Of a stretch of 64,000 bases of DNA, positions 1 through 11,190 are shown piece by piece. Location: positions 85,357 through 149,356 of the forward strand of contig DATNAQ010000031.1 in the NCBI GenBank assembly GCA_035607415.1. Reading direction: 5' to 3'. The DNA comes from Polyangia bacterium (lineage in GTDB: Bacteria; Myxococcota_A; Polyangia; Palsa-1104). The first letter of the stretch is position 1; each line of letters begins with the position of its first letter. Both the position numbers and the translations under genes were made by a program. Below the pieces are notes generated by a model. That model made no database searches and had not been told where the DNA came from. It saw only the letters and a list, made by a program, of their open reading frames with translations.

Positions 1-104
1 GCCGCCATAACGGTTCGTATCCGGACCGGGCACCGGATAGGAGCCGCGCACCCCCCAAAAGCGGACCTTCACTGGTCGACGATAACACGCCGCAACGTCA
101 AGGT

Positions 105-1127
105 CTACGGGCTGCGCGCCGCTGCGACGGCGTCGCGCGCGCCCGAGCGCGCGATGTACAAGAGCAGCGCGCCGTCGCGGTACGGCGTTTCGGCCGGTGC
201 GTGCGTCGCGTTCTTGAGCGGTAGGATCGGCGCGGCCGCGATCTCGAAGCGATCACCAGAGTAGGAGCTCGCGAAGCCGCACGTGCTGATCGACTCCTGC
301 GCCGGCGTCGGCGCCGTGACGGCGGTGAAGTACAGATCGTGGCGCACGCGCCCCGCCGGCGTCTTGTCGGCGCGCGCCGTGAAGCGGCCGATCGACAGCG
401 CCCACGGCGGCGTCTTCAACATCGGATCGCGCTCGGGCGTGCCGGGATCGCCGTCGAGCCGCGTCCACGTCGTCGCGCGTCCGGCGACCACGTCGTCCCA
501 CGGCGCCTCGGCCGCCCAGACCGCGCCTTGCGCGAGATAATAGACGCGCACGCGATCGTCGAGCCGCACCACCGCCGGCGAGGCGAGCTCGGTCCCCTCC
601 TCGGCATCGTTGGCGATGAGCGCCGGACCCGGCGCCTTGGTCCAGTTGTGACCGAGTGTGATCGCCGCCGCCGTGGCCCAGCCGATGGCGCCACCGCCCG
701 AGTAGAAGATCACCCAGATACCGTTCGGCACGACCGGATCGCCGGCGATGAGCGACGCGCCCGAAACCGCGCCCGCCTCCCACGACTGATCGGGCAGGAT
801 CGCCTGCACCAGCGGCAAGAAGCCGTGCTCGAGCGCGAACGAATCGGCGTGCTCGATGTCGGTGACGTTGCTGCGACGTGCGGTCACCCACATCGCCATC
901 TGCTCGCCCCAGTCGACCACCCACGGATCGTCGAGATCGGCGGTGTTGTCGGAGAGCACGAACGGCGGGTTGATCATGTCGAGCGACGGATCGGGCTCGA
1001 GCGGCGTGAACGGCCCCGCGCCCGACACCGGCAGATGCGACGCGCCGCCACCCGAGTCGCCGGTGGCGCCGCAGCCCGCCGCGGCCGCGATCATCAACAG
1101 CGCGATCGCAAAGGATGGGCGCCGCAT
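105..1127 (-). CDS. Secreted lipoprotein of unknown function (possible beta-propeller fold)
   Basis: An internal ATG at 1127 of ORF 105..2120 gives MRRPSFAIALLMIAAAAGC (signal peptide plus lipobox). The upstream part of that ORF is Arg-rich shadow. The ATG overlaps the TGA of the upstream porin gene by 1 nt (TGATG). Blade-like strands (IWVIFYSGG, VRVYYLAQG, DLYFTAV) hint at a propeller, but I do not securely recognise a family. Confidence 0.7.
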   Translation of the reverse strand: MRRPSFAIALLMIAAAAGCGATGDSGGGASHLPVSGAGPFTPLEPDPSLDMINPPFVLSDNTADLDDPWVVDWGEQMAMWVTARRSNVTDIEHADSFALEHGFLPLVQAILPDQSWEAGAVSGASLIAGDPVVPNGIWVIFYSGGGAIGWATAAAITLGHNWTKAPGPALIANDAEEGTELASPAVVRLDDRVRVYYLAQGAVWAAEAPWDDVVAGRATTWTRLDGDPGTPERDPMLKTPPWALSIGRFTARADKTPAGRVRHDLYFTAVTAPTPAQESISTCGFASSYSGDRFEIAAAPILPLKNATHAPAETPYRDGALLLYIARSGARDAVAAARSP

Positions 1128-2461
1128 CAGAACCGCGTCCGCAGCATGATCCCGATCTGCACGATCACCCCGTCGGCTACGAAGTCCCCGACTGGATCGA
1201 GCGGATCGATCTTGTGGTTGAAGCGCGGCGGCAGATAGGTCGCCGCGAAGTGCGCGTCGATCGCCAGCGGCCGCGGCAAGATCGACGTCACATTGGTGAG
1301 CTCGAGCCCGGCGCCGACGGCGAACGTGTGCTTGTCGGAATCGGCGAAGCTCGACTCGCCGACCTGCTCCGGCACCGGCGTCGGCTCGTACGAATAGCCG
1401 CCGCGCAGATCGATCGCCATCTTCGGCCACTGCCACGCGCGCCACTCGATCCCCGCGCGCGGGATCACGATGTCGTGAAATCCGGAAGACGGATACGAGC
1501 GCGGCGGCGGCAAGTTCACCTTGTCGTTGTACACGCCGATGTCGAGCCCCAGCGTCAGGTTCGCCGCCGGCACCGGAAATTCGCTCCAGCGCGCGAACGT
1601 CACATCGAAGGTGACCAGGATGGTGCGCTTCAGCCGCAGCGCCGCTCCACCGGTGAGCTGCCACGGCTGAAACAGATCCATCGACACCGAGTGCACCGCG
1701 AGATAACCGTTCTCGACGACCGGCGGCAGCCCGGGATTGCCGATGTTGCCATCGATGCGGAACTGCTGATCGAGCTTGAGCACGAACGAGTGGCGATAGC
1801 TGGCGCCGATGCTGAGCCACGGCGTCGGCTCCCACAGGATGCCCGCCTGCGGATAGCGCACGGCCTGCAGATCCACGTCGATCTTGCTGACGAGCGAGCT
1901 CGCATCGGGATCGCTGACGGCGACCGAGCCCTTCAGGAACAGCTGCCCGGCGGTGCGCGACATGAACGTCAAACCGCCGCCGATGTAGAGACCGGGGATG
2001 ATCTGGATCGCCAGGTTCGCCGCGAGATACAGCCGCTGCGGCCGATTGTCGAACATCACGAAGCGCGGCTGATCGAACGGCAGCGAGCGCACGCGCGTCA
2101 GCCGCTGATCGGGCAGCCACAAGCTGGCGCCGAAGGCGAAGCGGAACGGCCCGATGTGACCGGGCGCCACCAGCCCGATGAGAAACCCGCGCGAGGCGTC
2201 GACGCCGATGTCGCGGCCGTTCATCCGCAAGATCGGCTCCGCGTAGCGATAGCCGATGTCGATGCGCAGGTCATGGCCGTGCACCAGACCCGCCGGGTTG
2301 TAGTAGTTCGCCGACGAATCCTCGCTCGCCGCCGTGGCCGCGCCGCCCATCGCCGCCGCGCGCGAGCCGTAGCCGAACGCATCGATCGGGTTGGCGCGCG
2401 CGTTCGCCGCGCCGAGCGCGATCGCAATCACCATCGCCGCGCAAAGCCGCGCGCGGCTCAC
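1127..2461 (-). CDS. Outer-membrane beta-barrel, FadL/OMPP1/TodX-type transport protein (paralog 2)
   Basis: This is the C-terminal 444 codons of ORF 1127..3616. GTG at 2461 overlaps the upstream TGA (GTGA); an alternative ATG lies at 2434. It has a signal peptide (LCAAMVIAIALGAANA), a FadL-like N-terminal motif (FGYGSRAAAMGGA...NYYNPAGL) and a terminal aromatic residue (RTRF). Confidence 0.8.
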   Translation of the reverse strand: MSRARLCAAMVIAIALGAANARANPIDAFGYGSRAAAMGGAATAASEDSSANYYNPAGLVHGHDLRIDIGYRYAEPILRMNGRDIGVDASRGFLIGLVAPGHIGPFRFAFGASLWLPDQRLTRVRSLPFDQPRFVMFDNRPQRLYLAANLAIQIIPGLYIGGGLTFMSRTAGQLFLKGSVAVSDPDASSLVSKIDVDLQAVRYPQAGILWEPTPWLSIGASYRHSFVLKLDQQFRIDGNIGNPGLPPVVENGYLAVHSVSMDLFQPWQLTGGAALRLKRTILVTFDVTFARWSEFPVPAANLTLGLDIGVYNDKVNLPPPRSYPSSGFHDIVIPRAGIEWRAWQWPKMAIDLRGGYSYEPTPVPEQVGESSFADSDKHTFAVGAGLELTNVTSILPRPLAIDAHFAATYLPPRFNHKIDPLDPVGDFVADGVIVQIGIMLRTRF

Positions 2462-3648
2462 AGATCGACTCCGATGCTGAAGCCGAGCGACGCGAAGTCG
2501 CCGCTCACGTGCTCGTTGGCCTGTGCGTGGTGCCACTGCACGAACGCGTCGACCTGCAGCGTCGTGTAGCGGCTCGTCCAGGTCAGCCCGGCGCCGAACG
2601 TGAGCACGTGCCGATTGGCGTCGAGCAGCACCGGCCCGCGCGCGCCGGTCGGCTCGTAGTAGTAGCCGGCCCGTCCCGACAACGCGAGGTGCAACCAGCG
2701 CCGCGTCGCCTCGGCCGCGATGCGCGGCACCGCCGTGTCGACGAAGCCGGGCGCCGGCTGCGGCGGTGTGCCGAGCGTGGCGTTCTCGGTCGGCAGCCCG
2801 AACGCCGACCAATGCTTCCACGTCACGCCGGCATCGATCGTCAGCCAGCGCAGCGGCCGAAACGCGCCCTCGACCGCCGCCTGCATCGGATCGAATTGCG
2901 CCACGCCCGCGATGCGCAACGTCGGAATCGTGAGCGGCAAGTACGAGCCGAGGCTGTTGGTGATCTCGATGTCGTAGGTCGACTTCGACTCGCCGCGGAA
3001 CACCGCGCCGAGCGTCAGCCAGCGGAATGTGCGCACCCGCGCGCCGATGATCGGCGCCAAGCTCGTCGTCAGCTGCTCCTCGGCAACCGTCGTGATGCGC
3101 CCGCCCACCGGCGCGATCTGGATGTTGCCAACCAACGCCGCCAGCGCCAGCACGCCCACGCCGACGTCGACGCGCTCGTGCACGCGCACGCCGGCCGCCA
3201 CGAGCACCGAAACGACCTGCGTGCGGTTGTCGAGCAGCGCCAGCCGCGGCTCGTCGGGAAACGGCGAACGTGCGCGGTTGATCACGCCGAACGGAAAGTA
3301 GAACCCGAGCCCGAGCGCGATGCGATCGCGCAAGATGCCGCCGAATGGGATCGGAATGTCCGCGCCGAGAACGAGCCCGTCGGTCTTGTCGACCGGCCGG
3401 TGCATCCCGTCCATGTCGAGCGCGTAGCCCGCGTGTACGTAGCCGAGCGTCAATCGCCGGTTGGTCGGCCCCACGAGCCCTGCCGGATTCGTGTAGGTCG
3501 CGTCGTATCCCTCGGCGTCGGCCACGCCGGTGCCGGCCATGGCCGGACTGCGCGCGCCCATGCCGAACATCTCCGGCTCGGAGGCGCGCGTCGCCGGCGC
3601 CGCCGCCAGCACGCACGCGATCGCGGCCGCGAAAATGACGCGCGTCAA
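2458..3648 (-). CDS. Outer-membrane beta-barrel, FadL/OMPP1/TodX-type transport protein (paralog 1)
   Basis: 396 aa. TTG start at 3648 overlaps the dtd stop (TTGA). It has a signal peptide ([16 protein letters not shown]), the motif [14 protein letters not shown]...TYTNPAGL, and alternating beta-strand periodicity up to the C-terminus. Confidence 0.8.
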   Translation of the reverse strand: MTRVIFAAAIACVLAAAPATRASEPEMFGMGARSPAMAGTGVADAEGYDATYTNPAGLVGPTNRRLTLGYVHAGYALDMDGMHRPVDKTDGLVLGADIPIPFGGILRDRIALGLGFYFPFGVINRARSPFPDEPRLALLDNRTQVVSVLVAAGVRVHERVDVGVGVLALAALVGNIQIAPVGGRITTVAEEQLTTSLAPIIGARVRTFRWLTLGAVFRGESKSTYDIEITNSLGSYLPLTIPTLRIAGVAQFDPMQAAVEGAFRPLRWLTIDAGVTWKHWSAFGLPTENATLGTPPQPAPGFVDTAVPRIAAEATRRWLHLALSGRAGYYYEPTGARGPVLLDANRHVLTFGAGLTWTSRYTTLQVDAFVQWHHAQANEHVSGDFASLGFSIGVDL

Positions 3649-4094
3649 AACAGCCGCTTCGAGTCGAGCAGCAACGTCACCGGTCCATCGTTGACGAGCT
3701 CGACGTGCATCATCGCGCGAAAGCGCCCGGTCGCGACGGGCACGCCGGTCGCGCGCGCCGCCGCGACGAAGCGCTCGTACATCTGCTCGGCCGGCCCCGG
3801 CGCCATCGCCTTGACGAACGACGGCCGCCGCCCCTTGCGTGCGTCGCCGTACAGCGTGAACTGGCTCACGACGAGCAGCGAGCCGCCGACGTCGACGACC
3901 GAGCGGTTCATGTTGCCCTCGTCGTCGGCGAAAATGCGCAGGCCGACGACCTTGTCGACGAGGTAGCGCAGATCGTCATCGGTGTCTTCATCACCGGCGC
4001 CGAGCAGCACGCACAGGCCGTGACCGATGCGGCCCGTGACCTCGTCACCCACGCGCACCTCGGCGCGGCTCACCCTCTGGACCACCGCACGCAC
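3645..4094 (-). CDS. dtd: D-aminoacyl-tRNA deacylase
   Basis: 149 aa from an internal GTG at 4094 ([13 protein letters not shown]...). Typical Dtd features are present: [15 protein letters not shown] and the C-terminal NDGPVT motif. The longer upstream part of ORF 3645..4619 is Arg/Ala-rich shadow. Confidence 0.9.
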   Translation of the reverse strand: MRAVVQRVSRAEVRVGDEVTGRIGHGLCVLLGAGDEDTDDDLRYLVDKVVGLRIFADDEGNMNRSVVDVGGSLLVVSQFTLYGDARKGRRPSFVKAMAPGPAEQMYERFVAAARATGVPVATGRFRAMMHVELVNDGPVTLLLDSKRLF

Positions 4095-4131
4095 CGCCGT
4101 CTGATAACATCCCGTGCCGGGTCGCCTCAAG

Positions 4132-6531
4132 ATGCGCCGTTCGCTCCCCCTCATTATTAATGTCGCCCTCGCCGCCGCGATCGCGCCAAACACCTTCGCG
4201 GCGCCGACGATCGTCGGCCGCGTGGGCCTCGTGGCCGCGGGCAGCCTCGCCGCCGATGCGCTCGGCACCGGCGCCCCCGGCAGCCGCGCCCGCGACGGCC
4301 GCGCGCTCGTGACCGTCCGCATCCCCGGCGGCGCCGCGCGCCTGCGCCAGGCCGGCTTCGACGCACGACCGCTCGCCGGCGACATCGCCGATCTGCGCGC
4401 CACGCCTGCCGATCTGCGACGCCTGGTCGCGCTCCCCGGCGTCGTCGCCGTCGAAGAGCGCCGCATCCTGCGTCCACTGCTCGACGCCTCGGGCCCCGCC
4501 ATCAACGCCCCCGCCGCGCGCGCTGCCACCGGCCTCGACGGCACCGGGGCGCTCGTCGCCGTCATCGATACCGGCGTCGACTTCCGCCACGCCGATCTGC
4601 GCCGCGCCGACGGCACCACGCGAATCGTCTCGATCCTCGACTACATGCACAACCGCGGCGCCCTGCACCCCGAGCTGCCCGACTACGACGGCGGCGCCAT
4701 CTGGCTCCAGCCCGACATCGACGCTACCCTCGCCGCCGACGCCGGCGGCCCGACGCCCCCCGCGCCGGTCGCCGAGGTCGACCTCAACGGGCACGGCACC
4801 CACGTCGCGGGCATCGCCGCCTCCAACGGCCTCGCCACCGGCAACGGCCTGCCCGCCGGCCGCTATGTCGGCGTCGCGCCCGGCGCCGGCCTCGTCGTCG
4901 TGCAAGGAACCCACGGCGACGCCACCTTCACCGACTCCGACGTGATCGCCGGCTGCCGCTTCGCCGTCGACGAAGGCGCGCGCCTCGGCATGCCTGTCGT
5001 CGCCAACCTGAGCCTCGGCAGCAACAGCGGCCCGCACGACGGCACCAGTGATCTCGAGGTCGCCCTCGACGCGCTCTTCCCCGCCGACCAACCGGGTCGC
5101 GCCCTCGTCGTCGCCGCCGGCAACGAAGGCGGCCGGGACCAGCACGCCGGCGCCTGGGCGCTCGACGGCCGTGTCACCATCGACGTCCAGAACCCCAGCA
5201 GCAGCCTGCCCGACGCGCAGCTCGCCTTCGAGATCTGGCGCACCGGCTCGTTCTCGATCACGGTCGTCTCGCCGGCCGGCCACCGCTACGGCCCGGTCAA
5301 GTCCGGCACCTCCTTCAACGGACCGTCGAGCCGCGAAGGACAGGTGCTCGTCGACAACGGCGCCTCGAGCGCCCCGCGCGCCGACGGACGCCAGCCGGCG
5401 AGCGTCACCATCGCCGGCCCGGCCGGCGGCGCACCGGCCGGCGGCCACTGGCAGCTCATCTTCGACGGCCAGGCCCACCGCTGGGACATCTGGATCAGCA
5501 ACGATCCCGGTGGCGCCACGCCCGCGCACTTCATCGACCGCGTGGCCGAAGACGATCGCCTCGACATGCCGGCCACCGCGCACAACGCCATCACCGTCGG
5601 CTCCTTCATCACGCGCAACAGCTGGACCACCAAAGACGGCGACCCGATCATGCGCAGCGGTGTCATCGGCGCGCCTTCCAGCTTCTCGTCCAACGGACCG
5701 ACCGCCGACGACCGCTTCGCGCCCGACGTGATCGCGCCCGGCGAATACATCGTTTCGGCGCTCTCGGCCGATGCCAGCCCCGACAATCCCAACTCCGCCT
5801 TTTTCGTCTCGCCCGGCAACCACCTCGCCTGGGCCGACGACGGCGTCCACGGCGTCCTGCGCGGCACATCGCAGGCGGTGCCGCACGCGGCCGGCGCCAT
5901 TGCGCTCCTGTTCCAGGCCGATCCCACGCTCACGTCGAGCGCGGTGCGCGAGATCCTCCGCGTCAGCGCGCACGACGGCGGCGCCGGCTACACGCCCAAG
6001 CTCGGCTTCGGCAAGCTCGACGTGCTCGCCGCCACACAGTTCGCGCTCGGCGCCCGCGGCGCCGCGGTCAGCGCCACCGCCTCGTCGGTCGGCGTCAGCC
6101 GAGACGTCGTCCCGCCCGGCGACGAGACAACCGTGGTCACCGTCACGCCGCGAGCCGACGACGGCACTCCGCTCGGACCCGGCCGGGCGGTCATCATCAG
6201 CGCCAGCGCCGGCGAGCCGACCGGCGACGTGGTCGACGTCGGCAGCGGCCGCTACGAGCGCACGTTCGCCGCCCACGCACCTCGCGGCACCACCGCCGTG
6301 GTCACCGTCACGGTCGACGGGGTCGCGCTCGCCGCACACCCCGCCATCTACATCGTCAACGCCCGCTCCGAGATCGGCTCCCCCTTCGCCGCCGGCGGCG
6401 GCTGCGCCACGGCCGGAGACGCCCGCCACCCGGCAGCGGCGCTCGTCCTCATCCTGGCCGTCACCGCCGCCCTCGTCGCCGGGCGCAGAAAGTCGCGCCG
6501 ACGCCCTGCCGGCCGTACGCTCGATGCGTGA
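4132..6531 (+). CDS. Subtilisin-like serine protease (peptidase S8) with a MYXO-CTERM-like sorting tail
   Basis: The Asp/His/Ser triad motifs are present: [29 protein letters not shown]. There is a signal peptide ([23 protein letters not shown]). The C-terminus is GGGCATAG followed by a hydrophobic helix and RRKSRRR. ATG at 4132 is preferred over GTG at 4114. Confidence 0.9.
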   Translation: MRRSLPLIINVALAAAIAPNTFAAPTIVGRVGLVAAGSLAADALGTGAPGSRARDGRALVTVRIPGGAARLRQAGFDARPLAGDIADLRATPADLRRLVALPGVVAVEERRILRPLLDASGPAINAPAARAATGLDGTGALVAVIDTGVDFRHADLRRADGTTRIVSILDYMHNRGALHPELPDYDGGAIWLQPDIDATLAADAGGPTPPAPVAEVDLNGHGTHVAGIAASNGLATGNGLPAGRYVGVAPGAGLVVVQGTHGDATFTDSDVIAGCRFAVDEGARLGMPVVANLSLGSNSGPHDGTSDLEVALDALFPADQPGRALVVAAGNEGGRDQHAGAWALDGRVTIDVQNPSSSLPDAQLAFEIWRTGSFSITVVSPAGHRYGPVKSGTSFNGPSSREGQVLVDNGASSAPRADGRQPASVTIAGPAGGAPAGGHWQLIFDGQAHRWDIWISNDPGGATPAHFIDRVAEDDRLDMPATAHNAITVGSFITRNSWTTKDGDPIMRSGVIGAPSSFSSNGPTADDRFAPDVIAPGEYIVSALSADASPDNPNSAFFVSPGNHLAWADDGVHGVLRGTSQAVPHAAGAIALLFQADPTLTSSAVREILRVSAHDGGAGYTPKLGFGKLDVLAATQFALGARGAAVSATASSVGVSRDVVPPGDETTVVTVTPRADDGTPLGPGRAVIISASAGEPTGDVVDVGSGRYERTFAAHAPRGTTAVVTVTVDGVALAAHPAIYIVNARSEIGSPFAAGGGCATAGDARHPAAALVLILAVTAALVAGRRKSRRRPAGRTLDA

Positions 6532-6618
6532 TGCAGGCAACCCCGCAGCCCCGCCCCGCGCCCAATCGGCGGAGTCGCCTTGCACCCCCTACGCCCCACG
6601 ACTATAGTCCGCCCCCTC

Positions 6619-7155
6619 ATGTGGCGCGCTCCGCTGGTCGCCCTCCTTCTCGTCGCCGGTTGCGGCGCGAAGATCGGTGACTCGTGCAAGACCAACATCG
6701 ACTGCAGCCCGCTCGGCGATCGCTTCTGCGATCTCGCCTCGCCCAACGGCTATTGCACGCAGGAAGACTGCACGTTCAAAGACAACAACAACTCGACGTG
6801 CCCGTCGGAAGCCACCTGCATCCGCTTCTTCACGCCCATCGACGGCGAGGTCTGCCACACCGACTTGGCAACCGAGCCGGTTCCGTTCTCCAGGGCCGAC
6901 TGTCCCGACGTCGACGACCGCTGCGTCTGCGACGTCACCAACGACGACGGCAGCTGCCAGGGCAACCTCGGCCACTGCGCACCGAGCGCCACCGAGCGCC
7001 ACTGGTGCATGCTGAGCTGCGAGCACGACAGCGACTGCCGCGACGGCTACCAGTGCCGTCACACCGGCACCTTCGGCGCCGAGCCGCTGCCCACGTTCGC
7101 GAACCCCGTCGGCAGGCCCGCGAAGTTCTGCGCCCCGAAGCCCACCCCGTTCTGA
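6619..7155 (+). CDS. Cysteine-rich lipoprotein (18 Cys after the lipobox)
   Basis: ATG at 6619 gives MWRAPLVALLLVAGC (lipobox). The mature part has CxxxxDC...GxxC-type modules (DSCKTNIDCSPLGDRFC; LSCEHDSDCRDGYQC), typical of myxobacterial disulfide-rich repeats. Confidence 0.75.
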   Translation: MWRAPLVALLLVAGCGAKIGDSCKTNIDCSPLGDRFCDLASPNGYCTQEDCTFKDNNNSTCPSEATCIRFFTPIDGEVCHTDLATEPVPFSRADCPDVDDRCVCDVTNDDGSCQGNLGHCAPSATERHWCMLSCEHDSDCRDGYQCRHTGTFGAEPLPTFANPVGRPAKFCAPKPTPF

Positions 7156-7164
7156 TCCGGGCGG

Positions 7165-8093
<929 letters not shown>

Positions 8094-8097
<4 letters not shown>

Positions 8098-8921
8098 TCC
8101 GCGCGCTTCAGCGGCTCGGCATCGGCCCCGCGGTCGGCCTCCTCCTGCTCGCGATCTTCTTCGTGTGCGCGATCGTCGGCCCGTACGTGGCGCCGTACGG
8201 TCCCGAAACGCAGAACCTCAGCCACCTCCTCGAGAAGCCGAGCCACGCGCACCTCCTCGGCACCGACGAAAACGGCTGCGATCTGCTCTCGCAGCTCCTC
8301 TGGGGCGCGCGTCTCGCGGCCGGCATCTCGCTGGCCGTCGTCGGGCTCTGCCTGGTCATCGGCATCGCCGTCGGCACCATCGCCGGCTACTTCGGCGGCA
8401 GCGTCGACGAAGTCATCATGCGCGTCGTCGACGTCCTGCTCGCCTTCCCCGGCATCCTCCTCAACCTCGCGATCGTGGCCATCGTGCCGACTGCGGGTGT
8501 CGGCGTCTTCATCTTCGCGATCACGATCAACGGCTGGGTCGGCTACGCGCGCGTCGCCCGCGGCCAGGTGCTGCAAGTACGCGAGCGCGAGTACGTGCAA
8601 GCGGCGCGCGCGATCGGCGCCAGCCCGTGGCGCATCATGCTCTGGCACATCGTGCCCAACACGCTGTCGCCGCTCATCGTGCAGGCGACATTCGGCTTCG
8701 CGGGCGTGATCCTCGTCGAGGCAAGCCTGTCGTTCCTCGGTCTCGGCCGTCTGCACAACTACAGTTGGGGCTCGCTTCTGTCGCAGGGCACGACCTACTT
8801 GTGGCGAACGCAACATCTGGCGATGGCGCCCGGCATCGCCATCGCGCTCGTCGTCCTCGCCTGCAACCTCGTCGGTGACGGCTTGCGCGATCGCTTCGAT
8901 CCGCGCCGCCTGACCCGCTGA
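8094..8921 (+). CDS. ABC transporter permease, peptide/nickel (DppC/OppC) type
   Basis: ATG at 8094 overlaps the upstream stop (ATGA). [14 protein letters not shown] and [23 protein letters not shown] are typical DppC/OppC motifs. Confidence 0.9.
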
Positions 8922-9003
8922 CGACCGCTCGCTCGCCTGGCGGACAACGCCCGCGCTGGCGCACGGTCTGCATCGCTTCGTCAGTCAGACGAAGGAGGCG
9001 ATC

Positions 9004-9300
9004 ATGCCGAGGATCCTGATGTTTGCCGGCGCCCTGGCGCTCCTGGTGGGCGGCTGCGCGACGTCGGCCGAGACCGAGCGCCGCGCCGAGACGCATGACC
9101 AGCGCGCCCGCAACGCGGCCGCGTACGAGAACTACGACCAGGCGGCGGCCGAGAAACACGAAGCCGACCGACTGCACGCCAAGGCCGCCGAGGAGCGCGC
9201 CAACGAAGCCGCCAGCGGTGAGGCCGTGCCGGAGCCGCTGCCTCCTCCGCCGGCTGAAGTGCCGCCGGCCGAAGTGCCGCCGCCCGCGCCGGTTCCGTAG
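9004..9300 (+). CDS. Small lipoprotein with a helical charged core and a Pro-rich tail
   Basis: A strong SD (GAAGGAGG) lies 5 nt upstream of the ATG. The lipobox is LLVGGC and the C-terminus is PPPPAEVPPAEVPPPAPVP. Confidence 0.65.
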   Translation: MPRILMFAGALALLVGGCATSAETERRAETHDQRARNAAAYENYDQAAAEKHEADRLHAKAAEERANEAASGEAVPEPLPPPPAEVPPAEVPPPAPVP

Positions 9301-9303
9301 GCG

Positions 9304-10269
9304 CTACTTCATCTCCGCCATCGACGGCACCGGCAGATTGCCGATCCGTCCGCCGAGCGACAGCGTGCCGACCCATCGCATGATCGGCGGCGGCGACTCG
9401 GCGCGCCCGGCGAACACGTCCTCGATCCCCGCGACGTAGCGGCGCACGATCTCGGCTGCGAACACCGCGCCCGCTTGCGGCGTCGCGCGATGCGGCCGAC
9501 CCGTGTATCCGGGAAACGGCCGCAACGCATTCCAGCCCATGCCTTCCGCCGCGAAGGTCAGCTCGCGCGACAGCCGATCACGGCCGAGCGCGCGCGCCAT
9601 CCGCGCCGCCAGCGCCATCGCGCCGGCGGGCCGCACGTCGGGACACGGCGGCAGCGACATGTAATCGGGCGCCACCGACTCGGGCGCGTAGTGCAGCGCC
9701 ATCGACGTCTCGAAGAAGCCGGCGTGAAAGTCGTTGGCCAGCGCGCCCATCATCTGCGTGCGCTCGGCCACGTCGGTCACATGCGCGAACGCATCCGCGA
9801 ACTTCGCAGGCTCGAGAAACAGCATCTCGTTGAGCAGGCCGTTGAACGGCGCCACCGCGCGCACGCCCGCCGTGCGCAACAGACTCACGCCCGCCTCGAT
9901 CGCGAGGTTGTGCAGCGGCGCACCGTGAAACGTCATCAGGATCACTCTCGTCGCGCCGAGCTCGACGAGCGCACGACATGCCTCGAGCACGAGGTGCCGC
10001 ACGATCGGATACGCCGTCCGCCGCGTGCCCGGCCCGGGACACGGCTCGACACCAACCTCGAGATCGGCGCCGACGAGGAGCGGCCAATCGTGCGCCTTGC
10101 CGAGCGCCTCGTGCACCTCGCGAACGAGGCCGATGCTGATCAGACGATCATTGTGCAGCGACAGATGCGGCCCGTGATACTCGACCGGATTGACGGTCAG
10201 ATACACCGGCGCTCCGCTCTTCACCCTCCGGCGCGCCTCTTGATGCGGAATATCGAGGAGCGAAATCAC
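9304..10269 (-). CDS. Creatininase-family amidohydrolase-like protein
   Basis: GTG start. The N-terminal metal-binding pattern NPVEYHGPHLSLHND matches the creatininase-family E-x-H-G-x-H-L...D signature. Downstream His/Glu residues follow (TFHGAPLHN, FHAGFFETS). Confidence 0.6.
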   Translation of the reverse strand: MISLLDIPHQEARRRVKSGAPVYLTVNPVEYHGPHLSLHNDRLISIGLVREVHEALGKAHDWPLLVGADLEVGVEPCPGPGTRRTAYPIVRHLVLEACRALVELGATRVILMTFHGAPLHNLAIEAGVSLLRTAGVRAVAPFNGLLNEMLFLEPAKFADAFAHVTDVAERTQMMGALANDFHAGFFETSMALHYAPESVAPDYMSLPPCPDVRPAGAMALAARMARALGRDRLSRELTFAAEGMGWNALRPFPGYTGRPHRATPQAGAVFAAEIVRRYVAGIEDVFAGRAESPPPIMRWVGTLSLGGRIGNLPVPSMAEMK

Positions 10270-10281
10270 CGGTGCAGTATC

Positions 10282-11163
10282 TCACAGCGAAACTGTGATC
10301 GGATACTGGCCCAGCGTCAGCGCCGGCTTCCAACGCGACTTGGGCACCGCCACGCGCCCGCGCCGCCCCGGCAGATTGCACATCGTCACGAAGTCGCGCG
10401 CCTCGCCGTCGTCGTAGACATGAAAGCCGCTGCGCAGCGATCGCGGATGCGGCCACGACTTGCGCGGCCGTGTGCGCCGCCTCGCATCGAGCACCTCCTC
10501 GACTTGCAGCGCGAGCGGCTGGCGCCCGGGGTGGCTCGGCAGGTGAAACGCATTGACGTGCAACGTCGTTTCCGCGGCGCCGGTCTCGATCGCCTCGCCG
10601 AGAAGGCGCGAGGCGACGCGCTCGGCGCCATACGCGAAATTGCCGAGCACGACCATCACGCCGCACGCGAGCTCGGCCGGCGAGAACTGCAGAAACGCCG
10701 CCACGTCCGAGCACACGAGGAAGCGCACGTCGATGACCGCATCCTGCCAGTCGAGCCGCACGCGATTGATCCGATCGTAAGCGGTCACGCCGATGCCCGG
10801 CCCGCCCTCGGCCGGATCCATCTCGAACGACTGTGGCGTCACCTTCGCTTGCGGAACATGCACCGATCCGTGTCGCGTGAAGATCACGATCGCGTTGTAG
10901 CGCGCCTCGGGATCTCGCCCCGGCAGATCCTCGTGCAGGTCGGGCCCGACGTTGAGCGTCGCAACTATATTAATGTTACGCGCCTGCGCCAGCGCCACGA
11001 GCCGCGCGAACGCGATCCCCGATCCGCGCGGGGTCCACGCCACGTATTCGGGGAGAAACGCCGTCTCGCCTTCGCCGACGTCTTCGAGCGCACGCAACGC
11101 CCGCTCGAGCATCTCGGCCTCGCTGCCGAGCTGTAACGCGATCAGATGGAAATCGGAGATCAC
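10282..11163 (-). CDS. Divergent carbon-nitrogen hydrolase (nitrilase superfamily)-like protein
   Basis: Candidate Glu-Lys-Cys triad contexts are AFLPEY, VPQAKVTP and RFLVCSDV, arranged in the CN-hydrolase order. The gene sits 12 nt upstream of the creatininase-like gene and 27 nt downstream of the sigma factor. Confidence 0.45.
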   Translation of the reverse strand: MISDFHLIALQLGSEAEMLERALRALEDVGEGETAFLPEYVAWTPRGSGIAFARLVALAQARNINIVATLNVGPDLHEDLPGRDPEARYNAIVIFTRHGSVHVPQAKVTPQSFEMDPAEGGPGIGVTAYDRINRVRLDWQDAVIDVRFLVCSDVAAFLQFSPAELACGVMVVLGNFAYGAERVASRLLGEAIETGAAETTLHVNAFHLPSHPGRQPLALQVEEVLDARRRTRPRKSWPHPRSLRSGFHVYDDGEARDFVTMCNLPGRRGRVAVPKSRWKPALTLGQYPITVSL

Positions 11164-11190
11164 CCCGCGAGCCTACCGCACTTCGCGGCG

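Noticed and set aside
18-39. 7-bp inverted repeat (TATCCGG...CCGGATA) downstream of the first lipoprotein gene
   Set aside because: There is no U-tract following it on the minus strand and the stem is short. It is not convincing as an intrinsic terminator.
4045-6585. 846-aa ORF on the minus strand covering the whole protease locus
   Set aside because: It has a Gly/Arg/Ala/Asp-rich low-complexity composition with no recognisable domain. It is exactly antisense to a clear S8 protease with intact catalytic motifs, so it is a typical high-GC shadow frame.
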